Shown here: positions 56,903 through 63,923 of the stretch, piece by piece
How positions within the stretch are numbered: position 1 is the first letter of the stretch
How the letters are laid out: every line of letters begins with the position of its first letter
Source: a virus
Lineage: Duplodnaviria; Heunggongvirae; Uroviricota; Caudoviricetes
Strand: one strand, 5' to 3'
Length of the DNA: 64,000 nucleotides
Virus record (IMG/VR): IMGVR_UViG_3300042473_000506
The notes under the pieces: generated by a model
Seen by the model: only the letters and a program-made list of their open reading frames with translations
The model's database searches: none
Told to the model about the DNA's origin: nothing
Program-made: the position numbers and the translations under genes

Positions 56903-57235
56903 TTAAAGTTCTTCTTTTTCTACCGGGTCAGAATAAATGCCTACAGAAGTGTTATATGCATCGAGAGCGGCAGTTCTTTCAATCGTTACACTACGACTTG
57001 CATAGTCCTCGTAGAGTTCTTTACTTTCCCATATGAATTCTACTTCTAATGTCAGCTCGTCCGGTTCGGATAACGTTCTGATTTTTCTCCCATGAAACTC
57101 TCCGAACATCATTTCTAACATTCGGGTATTTAAATCTTCATCTAAGTTTAGATTAAAATACCATTCTATCGTTTCATTCGGTCTATGAAATCTGCTTAAA
57201 ACTCTATATGCCATGCTAATTCTCCAGTGATACAA
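56903..57235 (-). CDS. hypothetical protein
   Basis: ORF. Confidence 0.3.
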   Translation of the reverse strand: MYHWRISMAYRVLSRFHRPNETIEWYFNLNLDEDLNTRMLEMMFGEFHGRKIRTLSEPDELTLEVEFIWESKELYEDYASRSVTIERTAALDAYNTSVGIYSDPVEKEEL

Positions 57236-57297
57236 TTATTTATTGTTTTAGATAAGAGATCTTATATTTTGATGTGCTAGCAATATACTTTTAGAAT

Positions 57298-58080
57298 TTA
57301 CCATATTATAGCATAGTCTTTAAATTTGGTAGCCGACATAACTATCATATCTCTAGTTCTCTGTCGAACTATAGTTTGATAATTTTTTTTAACTGTTATA
57401 AATGCTGCAATTCTAATACCTGAAACATTTATTGATGGTGCATGTACTGCTCTAAAATTGTTTAGATAATATGCCATGTGCGGATCGGTCATCTTACAAT
57501 TAAAAATTTCTTCTTGCAATCTTCTATCCCCGCCGGTTAACGGTACAGTAATACCTTCCTGTCTGTAGTAGGGCAGTTTTGTTTTTCGTAATAATAATGG
57601 ATTATCATTGTAGTGTTCACACTCGAGGTAGAATCTAAAACCGGTTGGATCAACATCATTGTGCCAAAATGAAACACCTTTGACGGATTTTCTTACTGGC
57701 AAGAATATTGCACCACTAAGTTCATGTCGGCGTATTTTAAAAGCTTCATAGCAATATACTGCTAGTTCGGGAAATTCTTTATCAAAATTATTTTGCCAGA
57801 CGCCGTCCCAAGCACCCCAAACTAAATCCCAAGGGTATTCTTCTCCAATAATATCTTCAGCATTATCTGATTTAGACTTACAGGATTGCGGGTAGGCACT
57901 TTGCGCCCAAGATAAAAATTTTGTAATGTCTACATCCGGTCTCTTTGGGATGTCTAAGGGAGTATAACAAATATCAATAGGTTCCATACTTATTTTTTTT
58001 AATCTTGTTTGCTTATAACGGATATGCACAATATTTAAAAGAGCATTCATTGCTAAGTTATTTATTTTTAAAAATAACAA
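57298..58080 (-). CDS. hypothetical protein (possible further HxD...H oxygenase; real start may be Met at 57987)
   Basis: 'FWHNDVD' ... 'RAVHAPS' pattern. Confidence 0.3.
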   Translation of the reverse strand: MLFLKINNLAMNALLNIVHIRYKQTRLKKISMEPIDICYTPLDIPKRPDVDITKFLSWAQSAYPQSCKSKSDNAEDIIGEEYPWDLVWGAWDGVWQNNFDKEFPELAVYCYEAFKIRRHELSGAIFLPVRKSVKGVSFWHNDVDPTGFRFYLECEHYNDNPLLLRKTKLPYYRQEGITVPLTGGDRRLQEEIFNCKMTDPHMAYYLNNFRAVHAPSINVSGIRIAAFITVKKNYQTIVRQRTRDMIVMSATKFKDYAIIW

Positions 58081-58116
58081 TATGTCCGCATTGAATGGCT
58101 ATACAATTAGATTGCC

Positions 58117-58374
58117 CTAAGCAGAGGAGCTCATCCTCAAAAGATACATCGTAACTTCGGCACCCTCAACTTTAACTAGATCGCTAGGATATTTGTTAGA
58201 ACCAGTATACCATCTACTGGCACTCCTTCCTGCTTCCATAACTTTAACCATCTTGGGATTTAGTTTTTTAACAGTTCCTAGATCTAGGCTGTTTTGGCAA
58301 GGGTAGCAAACAGCATCACCTACTGCTAGCACTCGTCCTAGTTTATCTCTATGTTCAGGAATTGCTTTTGCCAT
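58117..58374 (-). CDS. hypothetical protein
   Basis: ORF. Confidence 0.35.
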   Translation of the reverse strand: MAKAIPEHRDKLGRVLAVGDAVCYPCQNSLDLGTVKKLNPKMVKVMEAGRSASRWYTGSNKYPSDLVKVEGAEVTMYLLRMSSSA

Positions 58375-58375
58375 G

Positions 58376-58630
58376 TTAGACTCTTTCTCTTTTCATACCG
58401 CCAATTCGACTGGCCTTGTTCCAGTCATAGGCAACACCATCCGGACACATTCCGTCCTTGATGCTATCCACTCCGAAGATACCTACAATTTCAAAATCTG
58501 GTCCTGTGATAGTTACAAACTCATTCATTGACTTGGCAACGTTCATAGCCTCAGCTAGTGTAAGCACCTTGAATATTTCTTCTTTACCTTTTACTTTAAA
58601 CATACATCTATTGTACTTTCTTTTCGACAT
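58376..58630 (-). CDS. hypothetical protein
   Basis: ORF. Confidence 0.35.
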   Translation of the reverse strand: MSKRKYNRCMFKVKGKEEIFKVLTLAEAMNVAKSMNEFVTITGPDFEIVGIFGVDSIKDGMCPDGVAYDWNKASRIGGMKRERV

Positions 58631-58674
58631 TTAGTCAAGAGAACGCCCCACACAAAGTGTGAGGCGTTTATTAT

Positions 58675-58749
<75 letters not shown>

Positions 58750-58890
58750 TTATCTTGTGAATTTTCTTACTAGTTTTAGCCAGTAGTATTTAACTCCGCG
58801 GAATGATGGAGGCCAATCCATTCCGAAACTAGGAGTTATTTCTTTTGGGACATTACCGTATGCTTTGTCAAGCGTTTCTTTTACTTTCAT
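58750..58890 (-). CDS. small ORF (46 aa) with strong RBS; not in ORF track
   Basis: Hand translation 'MKVKETLDKAYGNVPKEITPSFGMDWPPSFRGVKYYWLKLVRKFTR'; AAGGAG 5 nt upstream of ATG. Confidence 0.3.
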   Translation of the reverse strand: MKVKETLDKAYGNVPKEITPSFGMDWPPSFRGVKYYWLKLVRKFTR

Positions 58891-58954
58891 GTCTACTCCT
58901 TTAGTTAACAGGTTCTCATTTTATGTGCTACCACTACACCAACACCGCTGACCA

Positions 58955-59115
58955 AGCAGTGCCCAGGATTCGAACCTGGCCCGTCTTTTTTACAGAAAGT
59001 TTAATAAGATTGCTGAAAAGAACCTAAATGGTCAAACCATTTGTTATATTGTAGATTTTATCAGTTTATTGTTCTACAACCTCACGACGCCATGGCAGCT
59101 ATACTGCCGCACTGC
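58955..59115 (-). tRNA. long (~160 nt) tRNA-like element: canonical acceptor/T-arm with an insert; possible Tyr(GTA)-type anticodon hairpin
   Basis: T-arm CCAGG-TTCGAAT-CCTGG and perfectly paired 7-bp acceptor GCAGTGC/GCACTGC lie 150 nt apart; 'ACTTT-CTGTAAA-AAAGA' hairpin precedes the T-arm. Confidence 0.25.
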
Positions 59116-59282
59116 TCGATACCACCTCCCCTTTCAGGGCGTCCGGAATAACAAAATAAAACAGGATACCTTTTTCGATGGCTTGGAAGCCATTGCTCTA
59201 CCATTGAGCGATCTACGCAAAAGCGTGGAGTTGGAATCGAACCAACATGTCATTTAAGACGTTGCTGCATGTATCCTAAAAT

Positions 59283-59356
59283 TGGATGCGGGCCCAGGAT
59301 TTGAACCTGGGATGCTCCGAGCTTATGAGACTGGAGTGGTGGCCGCCCTGCCCGCT
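59283..59356 (-). tRNA. aberrant tRNA-like gene with CAT anticodon loop (CTCATAA)
   Basis: Good T-arm (CCAGG-TTCAAAT-CCTGG), 6/7 acceptor with unpaired 1-72, CAT in a loop closed by a mismatched stem, degenerate D-arm. Confidence 0.3.
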
Positions 59357-59423
59357 ATATTCTTTGCCACACTACTTATCCTATTATACACCGTGTGCCA
59401 TGGTGAATTCTTTCTTGTATTTA

Positions 59424-59501
59424 TGGTCGGAATAGTAGGATTCGAACCTACGACCCTCGCGTCCCAAACGCGATGCGCTAACCAGACTGCGCTACATTCC
59501 G
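59424..59501 (-). tRNA. tRNA-Pro (anticodon TGG)
   Basis: Clean cloverleaf: acceptor CGGAATG/TATTCCG, D GCGC/GCGC, anticodon TCGCG-TTTGGGA-CGCGA, T GTAGG-TTCGAAT-CCTAC, CCA encoded. Confidence 0.7.
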
Positions 59502-59508
59502 ATTTAAA

Positions 59509-59584
59509 TGGTACCTGGTGTCAGACTCGAACTGACATCGTTCTCCGTGTAAAGGAGATGCATAACCTCTCTGCGCAACCAGGC
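59509..59584 (-). tRNA. tRNA-Val (anticodon TAC)
   Basis: Acceptor GCCTGGT/ACCAGGT, anticodon TCTCC-TTTACAC-GGAGA, T GTCAG-TTCGAGT-CTGAC, CCA encoded. Confidence 0.65.
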
Positions 59585-59591
59585 AAAAATA

Positions 59592-59665
59592 TGGAGCGGG
59601 GTAAGAGAATCGAACTCTCAGCATGAGCTTGGAAGGCTCAGGTATTACCACTATACGAACCCCGC
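59592..59665 (-). tRNA. tRNA-Gly (anticodon TCC)
   Basis: Acceptor GCGGGGT/ACCCCGC, D GTAT/ATAC, anticodon TGAGC-CTTCCAA-GCTCA, T GAGAG-TTCGATT-CTCTT, CCA encoded. Confidence 0.7.
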
Positions 59666-59669
59666 ATAC

Positions 59670-60177
59670 TTTATTAAAACATACTCCCAACAAGTGTCTT
59701 ATGCTTGTTGTACCGTGTGCTAGGCACATTTCCTTTGCAAGGCTCCCCCGGGTTTGGGCTACGTAGACAAAGAATATATTTTAATAAAGTTACCTTATTG
59801 AAACACACTGTTGCGGCCGCAGGATACCGAGTGATGTAGTGAGTCGGAATCAAACCTTCCCAATCTACACAGTGCTCTCCACAATGCGTTTCAATAAAGT
59901 GTCTAGCTACTCACACCACATGAGCCCTAAACTGGTCTGTTGCTACGTCCATAACATTTTCTTCTTCTGGAAAGGCTGTTAATCCTCACCCTAGGCAGTT
60001 TCCAGTATCCCTTAAATAGGGACTGTGAGGTCAGGTCCTAGTGTACCCTCTGGTCTATCGTTACAGAGACGCTATTTCGTTACGTAGAAATAGTAAGACG
60101 GGTTTTCAACAGGTTAATACTAGTTTAATGACCTAGCAGTCGCCATATTTTTGATAGCTGTAATTAACCTAAAAACT
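59670..60177. ncRNA. ORF-free ~500-nt spacer in the tRNA array with multiple local stems; candidate small stable RNA(s)
   Basis: No ORF >=60 aa on either strand; hairpins such as cctcac...gtgagg and tccc-ttaaata-ggga, recurring TACGTAG palindromes. Confidence 0.25.
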
Positions 60178-60252
60178 TGGTGCCCCGTGTCTGAATCGAA
60201 CAGACGATCTCCGCTTTACAAGAGCGGCGCATTGCCACTGTGCTAACAGGGC
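60178..60252 (-). tRNA. tRNA-Thr (anticodon TGT)
   Basis: Acceptor GCCCTGT/ACGGGGC (one G.T), anticodon CCGCT-CTTGTAA-AGCGG, T GTCTG-TTCGATT-CAGAC, CCA encoded. Confidence 0.65.
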
Positions 60253-60261
60253 GCAATATAT

Positions 60262-60528
60262 TTAACCGCCCTGAGTGGAATCACTTACATTCTTTGACTG
60301 TTCATCTGCTAGATATGATGCTAGCTTTGATTGAAAGTCAGCTTCTGTTAGACCATGCCAACCGACACACTTACCAGTCGGACTACGACCACAACCGCAT
60401 TTTCCAATCTCATCTGCATTTTCTTGTACTCTTACTTGCATATCTTTCTTTCCAAAAATAGCGTCATAGTTGTTAGCAAATGTATTCTGGCTAACGCTAA
60501 ACGGACGAGCTCTTGAACCTTTTGACAT
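60262..60528 (-). CDS. small Cys-rich (probable zinc-binding) protein
   Basis: 'GKCGCGRSPTGKCVGWHG' cluster; 1-nt junction with the rpoZ-like gene. Confidence 0.4.
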   Translation of the reverse strand: MSKGSRARPFSVSQNTFANNYDAIFGKKDMQVRVQENADEIGKCGCGRSPTGKCVGWHGLTEADFQSKLASYLADEQSKNVSDSTQGG

Positions 60529-60758
60529 TACCGAACCTTTTTAAGATACTCTCTACCAATTTTACCTGCTTCAATTTCTTGCAAGGCAGTAATAGTGGCA
60601 CTGTTGGTTCCGCTAACTTGTTTAGCATGTCCACGTCGCAGTTCGCGAACTCGAGCACTGGCAATCAGAACTAGATCAAATCTATTGCCCACGGCTTCGA
60701 CACATTTGTCTGTGTCGATGTTCTGTGGAGAAAAGGGAACTTTAATAACTTTAATCAT
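60528..60758 (-). CDS. rpoZ: RNA polymerase omega subunit (RpoZ) homologue
   Basis: '[24 protein letters not shown]' and '[14 protein letters not shown]' parallel E. coli RpoZ '[24 protein letters not shown]' and 'TTVIALREIEEGLI'. Confidence 0.7.
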   Translation of the reverse strand: [76 protein letters not shown]

Positions 60759-60785
60759 CTATTACTTTCGTTGGTTTAAAAAATT

Positions 60786-60861
60786 TGGCTCCCCGGGCAA
60801 GGATCGAACTTGCGACCAACAGATTAACAGTCTGCTGCTACTACCGCTGAGCTACCAGGGA
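60786..60861 (-). tRNA. tRNA-Asn (anticodon GTT)
   Basis: Acceptor TCCCTGG/CCGGGGA, anticodon GCAGA-CTGTTAA-TCTGT, T GCAAG-TTCGATC-CTTGC, CCA encoded. Confidence 0.6.
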
Positions 60862-60868
60862 ATATACT

Positions 60869-61042
60869 TTACTTTGCGTCTCGCTCTTTAGAGGATCGCG
60901 GAACAATGTTCGCAGCCACTTGAGCATCTATCATTGCATTTTTGAATCCATGACGGTCTTGATCGTTCTTAAAACTCATCAATGCTATCATAGTCTTTGC
61001 TCTTTTACTCAACCTAAAAGTTGAACCTGTTCTTGCTCTCAT
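60869..61042 (-). CDS. possible small basic ORF (57 aa) between tRNAs; not in ORF track
   Basis: Hand translation 'MRARTGSTFRLSKRAKTMIALMSFKNDQDRHGFKNAMIDAQVAANIVPRSSKERDAK'; weak AAGGA upstream. Confidence 0.2.
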   Translation of the reverse strand: MRARTGSTFRLSKRAKTMIALMSFKNDQDRHGFKNAMIDAQVAANIVPRSSKERDAK

Positions 61043-61063
61043 TTTATTCCTTAAAAAATTTTA

Positions 61064-61138
61064 TGGTGGACCGAGGGAGGATCGAACTCCCACCCGAGGC
61101 TTGCAAAGCCACTGTGCTCCCATTATCACTATCAGCCC
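61064..61138 (-). tRNA. tRNA-Ala (anticodon TGC), one mismatch in anticodon stem
   Basis: Acceptor GGGCTGA/TCGGTCC (two G.T), anticodon GTGGC-TTTGCAA-GCCTC (T.T), T GGGAG-TTCGATC-CTCCC, CCA encoded. Confidence 0.5.
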
Positions 61139-61222
61139 ATATTAAAACACATTTAAACAGTCCTTCAACGCTAGTCGCTATCTCCCCTACTAGAGGGCGG
61201 ATCTGTATGTGTTTTAATATGG
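61137..61222. repeat. perfect 16-bp inverted repeat forming a long hairpin that fills the spacer between two tRNA genes
   Basis: 'ccatattaaaacacat' (61137-61152) and 'atgtgttttaatatgg' (61207-61222) are exact reverse complements, 54-nt loop; arms overlap the ends of both flanking tRNAs. Confidence 0.6.
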
Positions 61223-61303
61223 TGCCCCAGGTCGGACTCGAACCGACACGCCTCTCGGCACTGGCTTCTAAGACCAGCGTGGCTACCATTACACCACCGG
61301 GGC
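61220..61303 (-). tRNA. tRNA-Leu (anticodon TAG), type II
   Basis: Acceptor GCCCCGG/CTGGGGC, anticodon CTGGT-CTTAGAA-GCCAG, 13-nt variable arm TGCCGAGAGGCGT, T GTCGG-TTCGAGT-CCGAC, CCA encoded. Confidence 0.6.
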
Positions 61304-61357
61304 AAATTTTTATTATACAGGATATTTATAATCCTGTCAACCTCTATTTTAATAACT

Positions 61358-61434
61358 TGGTGCGCCCACTAGGACTTGAACCTAGGACCAAAGGATTATG
61401 AGTCCTCTGCTCTGACCAACTGAGCTATAGGCGC
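61358..61434 (-). tRNA. tRNA-Met or tRNA-Ile2 (anticodon CAT)
   Basis: Acceptor GCGCCTA/TGGGCGC, D GCTC-AGTTGGTCA-GAGC, anticodon GAGGA-CTCATAA-TCCTT, T CTAGG-TTCAAGT-CCTAG, CCA encoded. Confidence 0.65.
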
Positions 61435-61443
61435 ATCAATCAT

Positions 61444-61535
61444 TGGTACCAGCGGAGGGGATCGAACCCTCTCAAGAACGCTAATCTGGCGCTAAAAGGT
61501 CTATAAGGCCTCTCTGACTACCAAGTCTCGCTGGC
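61444..61535 (-). tRNA. type-II (long) tRNA-like gene, isotype unresolved
   Basis: Acceptor GCCAGCG/CGCTGGT and T-arm GAGGG-TTCGATC-CCCTC are clean; 92 nt; no regular anticodon arm found by hand (candidate loops CTTATAG or CAGATTA). Confidence 0.35.
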
Positions 61536-61544
61536 ATGTATGTT

Positions 61545-61634
61545 TGGCGGTGCGACTGAGACTCGAACTCAGAACCCGGATTACGCCGAGCGACGGATTA
61601 GCAATCCGCTCTAATACCATTATAGGACCGCACC
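61545..61634 (-). tRNA. tRNA-Ser (anticodon GCT), type II
   Basis: Acceptor GGTGCGG/TCGCACC, anticodon GCGGA-TTGCTAA-TCCGT, long variable arm, T CTGAG-TTCGAGT-CTCAG, CCA encoded. Confidence 0.6.
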
Positions 61635-61762
61635 AAATTTCCATTAGTTGAATCCTCTACACTATATGCCTATCCTCAACACGCTTTACTCGAGTTGACG
61701 GTTTATTGAATAGGTTACATAACGTATGATCAAACCTCTGTGCTTGCAAAGGATTCAATTAA

Positions 61763-61846
61763 TGGTGCGAGAGACGGGACTCGAACCCGTATGCCTTTCG
61801 GCGGCAGATTTTAAGTCTGCTGAGTATACCATTTCTCCACTCTCGC
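61763..61846 (-). tRNA. tRNA-Leu (anticodon TAA), type II
   Basis: Acceptor GCGAGAG/CTCTCGC, D GAG-AAATGGTATA-CTC, anticodon GCAGA-CTTAAAA-TCTGC, variable CGCCGAAAGGCAT, T ACGGG-TTCGAGT-CCCGT, CCA encoded. Confidence 0.7.
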
Positions 61847-61952
61847 AAAATACTAACTTTACATTTTTAAAGAACAGTGCTGTTATTAGCAGCGTATGTA
61901 TAAATTATACTGTCTTTCTCAGTGTGTGTCAACAGGTATTTAAAAATATTTT

Positions 61953-62026
61953 TGGTGCTCAAGCAAAGAATCGAACTTTGATTGCTGTCGTACCAAGACA
62001 GTGTACTACCATTGTACTACAAGAGC
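61953..62026 (-). tRNA. tRNA-Thr-like (anticodon GGT) with two T.T mismatches in the acceptor stem (possible pseudogene)
   Basis: D GTAC/GTAC, anticodon CTGTC-TTGGTAC-GACAG, T CAAAG-TTCGATT-CTTTG are perfect, but acceptor GCTCTTG vs CTTGAGC has two T.T. Confidence 0.4.
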
Positions 62027-62062
62027 ATTTTTGTGTTATCACTAGGAATCAAATCTAAATGT

Positions 62063-63565
62063 TTATTTTAGAGACATGAGATCATTATAATACGTTTGTA
62101 CAAACAAGTGAACTCTATTTTGCCATTCATTGTCTAAGTTGTATTCGCCCCATCGCAGTCTATCTATTTCTTCAACAGTGTATCCAAATTGTAGGACTTC
62201 AACTGCGTTCCAGCCGCCTCTTTTAACATGCGGGGCCGCGCTTTCAGTTAGCAAATTTGTCCATTTTACTACATCTAAAAATGTAAGACCTGATGAATGC
62301 TTCCACCAAGTTTGTCTCCAGAGACGCTTACCAATAGCGTAAGACTCGGGCAATACCTGTATTATTTCAAATCCATATTTTTCTGCATTACGTTCAAACT
62401 CACTAGTGAATACCGAAGTATCAGGTTTATTAAGTAATAAGGGAATTATTTTCCAGGATGTTATTTTATTATCGACACACCAGTTATGAGTTTCTTTTAA
62501 ATCATCTAATGTTTCTGGAGGAATGCCTGCGATAAAACTAAGATGTTCTTTTACTTTTCCCTGCCATCTGTCCTGTAACAAATGAGGCAAATAGTCTTTG
62601 GCTTTTTTTCCGCTAAATGCCTTTCCTACCAAAGCAGATGCATCTTTATTAAAACTTTCTATTCCAAAAAAAGCTCCATAAAGACCGCTTTCCAATAACA
62701 TATCTTCAGTATGACGATGAGCCTCAATTAAATCTAATCTTAAATAAGTTGCATATTTAATTTTAAAAGGTAAGGATGATACCATTTTGGCAAATTCTTC
62801 CAATCTTTCGGTGTCTGCATTAAATGTATCGTCTAAAATATAATAATTCGTTGTTCCAAATCTTTCGTAATTGTCAAGTAACTCATCTCTTATATTTTCC
62901 ATCGGTTTAAGGAAATCTTTTTTATTTTTTCCAATTAACGGATATTGACAGAATTTACACTTAAAAATGCATCCCCTGGTTGTTTCTAACGGCAATGCTT
63001 CATTTGGCTGTATAGCATCACTGTCATGCCACCTAAAATTACACTGCTCAATTGAAAATCCTTCATTACTTTGATACGAAGATTCTTTTACAATTTTGTA
63101 ACCGTCTGCACCTATTTCGACAAATGGCTGTGGACCTTTTTTAAAAATCCAATTGCAAAATTGTAACATTGTATTTTCAGCATGACCTGTAAAATAATAA
63201 TCAAGTGTTTTTTTTAATTTTCCTTTAATTATACCAACAGATGGGCCACCGGCTATTATTTTTAAATTTGGATGTTTTGTTTTAAGTTGTTTAATTGCTG
63301 AACTGAATATAGAAAAGAATACATCGTTAGCTTCTAATAAAATTCCTCCAAGGCCTATAACTTTGGTTTCATCTGTTACAAATTTTTCAAACAGTGCATT
63401 TACTTTATCCAATGTAAAAATTGGTTCAGAATAATTTATAACCTGTACTGTATAACCAAAGAGTCTTAAATACCAAGCTAATTGGTGACCCCCAATTGAT
63501 CTAGGAGCGGCGCCCCGATAATCGCTAATTGTTTGTATAATAATAACATTCATAATAGTAAACAA
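62063..63565 (-). CDS. B12-binding-domain radical SAM enzyme, second paralogue, embedded in the tRNA array
   Basis: 'TRGCIFKCKFCQYPL', 'DDTFN', 'TYLRLDL', 'ESGLYGAFFGIE' co-linear with 49845..51377; AT-rich like the island. Confidence 0.65.
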   Translation of the reverse strand: MFTIMNVIIIQTISDYRGAAPRSIGGHQLAWYLRLFGYTVQVINYSEPIFTLDKVNALFEKFVTDETKVIGLGGILLEANDVFFSIFSSAIKQLKTKHPNLKIIAGGPSVGIIKGKLKKTLDYYFTGHAENTMLQFCNWIFKKGPQPFVEIGADGYKIVKESSYQSNEGFSIEQCNFRWHDSDAIQPNEALPLETTRGCIFKCKFCQYPLIGKNKKDFLKPMENIRDELLDNYERFGTTNYYILDDTFNADTERLEEFAKMVSSLPFKIKYATYLRLDLIEAHRHTEDMLLESGLYGAFFGIESFNKDASALVGKAFSGKKAKDYLPHLLQDRWQGKVKEHLSFIAGIPPETLDDLKETHNWCVDNKITSWKIIPLLLNKPDTSVFTSEFERNAEKYGFEIIQVLPESYAIGKRLWRQTWWKHSSGLTFLDVVKWTNLLTESAAPHVKRGGWNAVEVLQFGYTVEEIDRLRWGEYNLDNEWQNRVHLFVQTYYNDLMSLK

Positions 63566-63593
63566 ATATTTATCATTAACTGTATATAAAACT

Positions 63594-63670
63594 TGGTCCC
63601 GCCAGTAGGAATCGAACCTACATTTAAGTCTTAGGAGGACCCCGTACTATCCATTGTACTATAGCGAGAT
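63594..63670 (-). tRNA. tRNA-Arg-like (anticodon CCT) with non-complementary acceptor stem (probable pseudogene or recombined gene)
   Basis: D GTAC/GTAC, anticodon GGGTC-CTCCTAA-GACTT, T GTAGG-TTCGATT-CCTAC are good; 5' end ATCTCGC cannot pair with 3' TGGCGGG. Confidence 0.3.
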
Positions 63671-63671
63671 A

Positions 63672-63746
63672 TGGCCGGTCTTGAGAGGATCGAACTCCCA
63701 CCCTCGGTTTCGAAGACCGAGATGATATCCATTTCACCAAAGACCG
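63672..63746 (-). tRNA. tRNA-Arg (anticodon TCG)
   Basis: Acceptor CGGTCTT/AAGACCG perfect, D GTGA/TCAT, anticodon TCGGT-CTTCGAA-ACCGA, T GGGAG-TTCGATC-CTCTC (one mismatch). Confidence 0.6.
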
Positions 63747-63751
63747 ATATG

Positions 63752-63826
63752 TGGTACCGCCTACAGGAATCGAACCCATATTCGCAGGGTAGAAGCCTGC
63801 CGTATTATCCATTATACGAAAGCGGT
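63752..63826 (-). tRNA. tRNA-Arg (anticodon TCT)
   Basis: Acceptor ACCGCTT/AGGCGGT, D GTAT/ATAC, anticodon GCAGG-CTTCTAC-CCTGC, T ATGGG-TTCGATT-CCTGT (two G.T). Confidence 0.55.
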
Positions 63827-63827
63827 G

Positions 63828-63917
63828 TGGCAGTGAGTGAGAGATTCGAACTCTCGTGCCCCTTACGGAACCATCACCTTTCCAAGATGCGCCAATAGGC
63901 CTCTCTGGCAACTCACT
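63828..63917 (-). tRNA. tRNA-Ser (anticodon GGA), type II
   Basis: Acceptor AGTGAGT/ACTCACT perfect, T GAGAG-TTCGAAT-CTCTC perfect, loop TTGGAAA on a 4-bp stem, long variable arm. Confidence 0.5.
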
Positions 63918-63923
63918 ATTGTT

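Noticed and set aside
59670-60177. tmRNA in the ORF-free region
   Set aside because: No tRNA-like 3' domain (T-arm plus acceptor ending in CCA) and no 5' GGGG...TTCGAC acceptor start. No plausible tag reading frame ending in ALAA-stop was found.
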